Shown: piece by piece, positions 59,722-64,000 of the stretch
Layout of the letters: each line of letters begins with the position of its first letter
How positions within the stretch are numbered: position 1 is the stretch's first letter
NCBI GenBank assembly: GCA_036172245.1
Contig: JAYWIR010000036.1
Span: forward strand, 1,612,001-1,676,000
Direction: 5' to 3'
DNA length: 64,000 bases
Origin: Raillietiella orientalis
Lineage: Eukaryota
Made by a program: the position numbers and the translations under genes
The notes under the pieces: model-generated
Told to the model about the DNA's origin: nothing
The model's input: only the letters and a program-made list of their open reading frames with translations
Databases searched by the model: none

Positions 59722-61249
59722 AAGCATTAATCAATTGTCAATCACGTTTATTTCACATATAAAATAATAGGATGGAAAAAATTTCAAGGGCAGTTTTTTG
59801 TTTGCAAGTTTGTTTTTTTAATCCCCACCCCGATGTAATGCTAGCAAGCTAGAATTGCATCGTTTCAATTACTTTAAGACGAACTGTTTATTTAGCAGTG
59901 CGTTGTTTCAAATGCATTTAATGTGTGAGTGTTCTCGAAAATTACATTAAGGAGTTTGAATACCCATTCATTACCATTCTCTTGGGTCGAAAATGCGCGT
60001 TTCGCTAGATACCTTTTGTTTTTTTTTTTTCCCCCTGAAAAGAAAAAAAAACGGAAGATGGCATCATTGCAAGAATGAAACGGCGAAGCCTAACAGCAAA
60101 ACTGGACTCCTTCCTGTCTCGGTGCACGAGTGTCAACGAGTGATCTCAGCAGAAATGTTTAGCAAGGGCGGTTTTGGTCCTTCCAAGTGGATGCGGTTTC
60201 GTTCGACGACATAATCACTTCCAGTGAAAGTTGGAAGCTTTGTGCATCGGAAAGAAGAAAGACATGAATAATGAGGTGCGAGTGTAAAAACCCTACACCT
60301 CCTGTGTTCTGCTGCATCTTTTCGTCAGTAAAAAATAAAACAAACGCAAAATCATTTGGTGCATTAGCTAGGTAGGAACGCATTTCAGCATCCTTGGTTC
60401 GTTTTTGAAACTTACTTCCATTCTGAAGACCACTGAAGATAAAATACACATACAAATTCACAAGCATTTTTTGTGCATTGACTTTACGTGGCCGAAGTAT
60501 CGTAAGCGGAATGTTTCGAACGAGATATTTCGAAAGTCATGTTAGTTTCTTAGAATACTTGAATTTGAGTAAACTCTAATTATAGGATGATCAGGATCAA
60601 TCTTCAATCGAACTTTAATGTAATCTCCCGGCATTCCTGCCAGGCGACTAAAACTCGCTCCACCGCCTCCCCACGCTTCTATTTCAATATCATTCGCATT
60701 GTGATATGTGTTGGAAATCTTCAGATGATCTTCCCTCATTTTCGACTAACGCAACGCTTCGGAGATTTCCCTGAGAAAGTATTCCCTTGTTAAAAGATCA
60801 TCATCATCACTCTGTACTTACACCATCATTCTGCCTTGCAAGAACCGCACGCGCATGATTTCCCATAATTTTGTACCGAGAGCAAGAAGCTGCTTCGAAA
60901 TGAGAAGCTCTTGCTATCTCGATTCTGCAAAGATATTGAATAAAATTAAAAGATTTCATTGATTTTATCTTATCTTCCGCATTTTTTTTTGCAGCACGAA
61001 ATTTTCGATGCAATCAAATTGGTAAGCTCTTGTCACTCTTTTTTCCCAGAAGGATAGAAATTTTAACAGAAATATTTGAACTTGAGTAAGATGAATACGT
61101 TGGTAAGGTAAGTGATGCTAATTTGTACAGCATAAATTTGTCTGGAATGCATTCGCTGTTATCTAGTTTAAATAAAGATGTGTGGCTACAGAACTACACA
61201 AAGTTATAACCCCGGGTTGTGGTTGCACGGCAGTTCCAGCCACCCTTTC

Positions 61250-64000
61250 TGGCTGTGGGGAATGGGTCCTCGAAACGAAAATAGTCACTGAGTGCTCCTA
61301 TCTAGCAGTTCAAATCATTTTGTTCTTAGAAGTGCTCACGAATCTCGAAGCATCTTGAAACAAACCAACTGAAAACTCGATGCGACTACGATGTTTAATG
61401 TGAAGCGGCGTTTTGAGAGTAGGTTTTCCGAGGGCAGGGGCGTGCTCCGAATGTGGGGTGAAACGTGGGGGGCAGGAATTTTGCGCTTTCGGTTGATTTA
61501 GGGCCACGTTAGACCTGCAATGCACCCTCCGAAAATCATCCGGAAAGGCGAGCACACGCGTGCAAAAGGTGCGTTCGTGGAAGAATCCAAAGAGCGAAAA
61601 GCACAGAAAACAAGGAAAGTCGTGGCAAAACTCGCTCTCGCGGATCGGAAGGAAAGTTCGCCGAGATGTGCTTTCGATGATCTCACTTTTCAAGGATAGC
61701 CTTGAAAAGTGAGATGAGGAGAAATCCTCGCCAGAAAATCACATTCAGGAAGGTGCTTTCCGATGACCAGAAGCAAATCACTCAACGGCAGATCTACCCC
61801 TACCTGCGTCTGGAAAGAACTTCTTCTCCTTCATATCCTGCAAGATCATCATGATTATATGCACATATCTATTAATATGTTTACATGGATAAAGTTTACC
61901 TCTGCTTCGGTTGGATTTTCCTTTGGGTGCAGCAGCGAAGACGAAGCTTGTGAAGCTGCTGTGCGGTGAATCAGCCTCAAGGGGATTCGAATGGCACACC
62001 ACAAAGCGTTTTGCCGACATGCTTTTGACACAGGAAGGAAAAAAAGTGAAGAATGCACCACCACCGGTATTCAGTGAAGGCATCTGAGATTGAATCTGGA
62101 AAGATCCCTCTGCTGACTCTCTTACCTTTACTTATTGAGCACAGGATTTCGTTTGAACCCTTGGTATCCGATCGCTATCTTGCGCTTGTCCTTTGGAGCC
62201 GAGATCTAGGACAAGGGTTTAGAGGGCAAGTGTGAAGAGCTGAAGAATTATCAACACACGTGTATCACGGTACGAAAATATACAAACACCCAGACCGCTA
62301 AACTTGGATCAATAAAAAATCCCTGAGGTGGTGGAAACAGTGGCATTACATCGAGAGGAAAAATCATCTCGGCATCCCCTCGGCTCATGCATGCATGCCG
62401 CCCAGATGATGCCCCTTAACTTTAGGCTGAAAAGGCTGCTTCCCTCGTCGCTTTACTCGCTTGCTTCCTGTTTTATGCTTTCATCCATCTCTTCAACAGC
62501 GAGGGATACAGTGAAAACGCAAAGGGACCACCTGGTAGATGGACATCACTGAAACGTCACCGACGTCTGGCACTATGCAAATCGCAAAATGAAGCGGACA
62601 CAAAAGCCTTGGACTCGTCCAAGGCAAGGAAAGTAACGCGACGACTTGCAGAAGCAGAAGCGAAATGCAGAAGTTTTCAGCCGTATTACATCGGAAAAGG
62701 AGAAAAAATCTCTTAGTGGAAGGAAAACTTCCAGTGGAAGGAGGAGAAAATACGTTCTCCACTGGTAACCGGCAGGCGAATTTTGTGAGTAGTGCGGATG
62801 AACATTCGATGACATCACCCCTTATCTACCTTGCGAGAAGGGTATCGGAGATAAGACTTTTAATGAAAGCAAGCAGGGAAACTGAACCCATGTTTATCTA
62901 TTGGCATGTTGAATGAAGATCTGATGGAAGACTGCTCGTGCAGTTCATTAGTGTTACTGAGCACATCACCAGCCGACGGTCAGGATAGTCACCACCTGCG
63001 TTGCCAGCTGAGTCAAGCCAGTCCCGATGGTGTCGAGCTTATGGTTATACTTGATTGATTATACTTTATTCCAATTCAAGTTTATTCTTCGGAAGCGAAA
63101 CTAAGTTGCAAAAAAAACAAGCGACCGCTCATTTTCGGCGGATGAAAGATGTTATTTTGCTGGGCAGCTTTGAAACCACTTCTTGCGTGTCCGCCTGTGA
63201 AATCGAAAAAGTGTGTGTTCGCCGATGCTGTAAGGCACCTGCATCGCGTCATAATCCAAACGAACATCCAGGTGCTAATGTACATGTTCCAGGTATTTGC
63301 TCGCTGCCTGCAGCACAGGTTCACTCAGGTCACACGTGTCATCGATTTCGAACGGCAAGCATCCGGCGCGTGTCACAGGTTCGCGATGGTGTTCACAAGA
63401 GCTTCACCTTGGCACGAGGAAAGCAGCGAGCCCAAATCACGTCGTTTTACGGGAGCAGTTTCCACTTTTCCCGTGATCGGCTAGCGATGCTTTACGGATC
63501 ATTTCTTCTGAGGGTGGTGTGTAGCTTTCCAACCGTTCGGGTGTGAAGAATTCATAGAGTTTCATCACGGAATTCATGATTCTCGTCCTCGCCATATGCG
63601 TCACCCTTGAAGTTTCCCAGAAATGGAAAGAACTACTCCGTTTACGTCAGTCCTTGATCCTCTCTGTTCGACATTCTGTTGCAAAGGTGAAGCTCTCTTT
63701 CTGACCACTCTGAAATTCGCTCCAGTCGGTCATCGTGAGCCTTTTGGGTGTTTCCCCTGATCGCAGGACTAGGTGCGATAAGGTTTTCGCTTGTTCAGCC
63801 AAAGACAATCAGCCAGACAAAACAGACAGGAGAGTTGACTCTGCAAGCGAACCCGTCTTGTCGAAAGGTCGATTCGGACCGGCTCCTTTTTCGACAGTGC
63901 GAACCTGACAACGAACCTCAGAGTGAACTATAGCAAACATGAGAGTGTAGTCATGGCTGTCTGTGTTTCAGATTTGTGACTCTTCTTGCAGCTGCGCTTT
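61250..64000 (+). mobile_element. Highly decayed LINE-like sequence
   Basis: Stop-ridden frames with weak ORF2-like words (VLMYMFQ, EPKS..G, terminal C..C-like region). Confidence 0.28.

Noticed and set aside
1..64000. CRISPR arrays, rRNA genes or prokaryotic operons/defence systems
   Set aside because: No regularly spaced repeat-spacer array, rRNA-like conserved blocks or dense intronless gene packing; the window is spliceosomal-intron eukaryotic DNA.

Overview
Eukaryotic, intron-rich animal DNA; the gene content suggests an arthropod (inference). Two genes can be rebuilt exon by exon from GT-AG boundaries, both on the minus strand. (1) A TUT4/TUT7-type terminal uridylyltransferase: 13 coding exons from 26043 to 1430, about 975 codons, continuing past the window start. 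It has a C2H2 finger, a degenerate first NTase domain, a CCHC knuckle and an intact second NTase domain. Its frame appears to need a 31-nt intron. (2) A complete 5-exon apolipoprotein D-like lipocalin (48902 to 42047, about 204 aa). Most remaining sequence is decayed retroelement. The main family is Tx1/L1-like LINEs whose copies share a structured 3' UTR and an AATAAA-plus-hairpin terminus. A second family of about 600-750 bp (four copies) carries an internal tRNA-like/B-box segment; one copy has TG...CA LTR-like ends, so it may be a tRNA-containing LTR rather than a SINE. Also seen: an intronless disabled Cys-rich ORF next to an AT-skewed mitochondrial-like fragment, two pre-miRNA-sized hairpins, and a sharp AT-rich/GC-rich domain boundary. 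TE boundaries are approximate. All family calls come from motif recognition by eye; no database searches were run.
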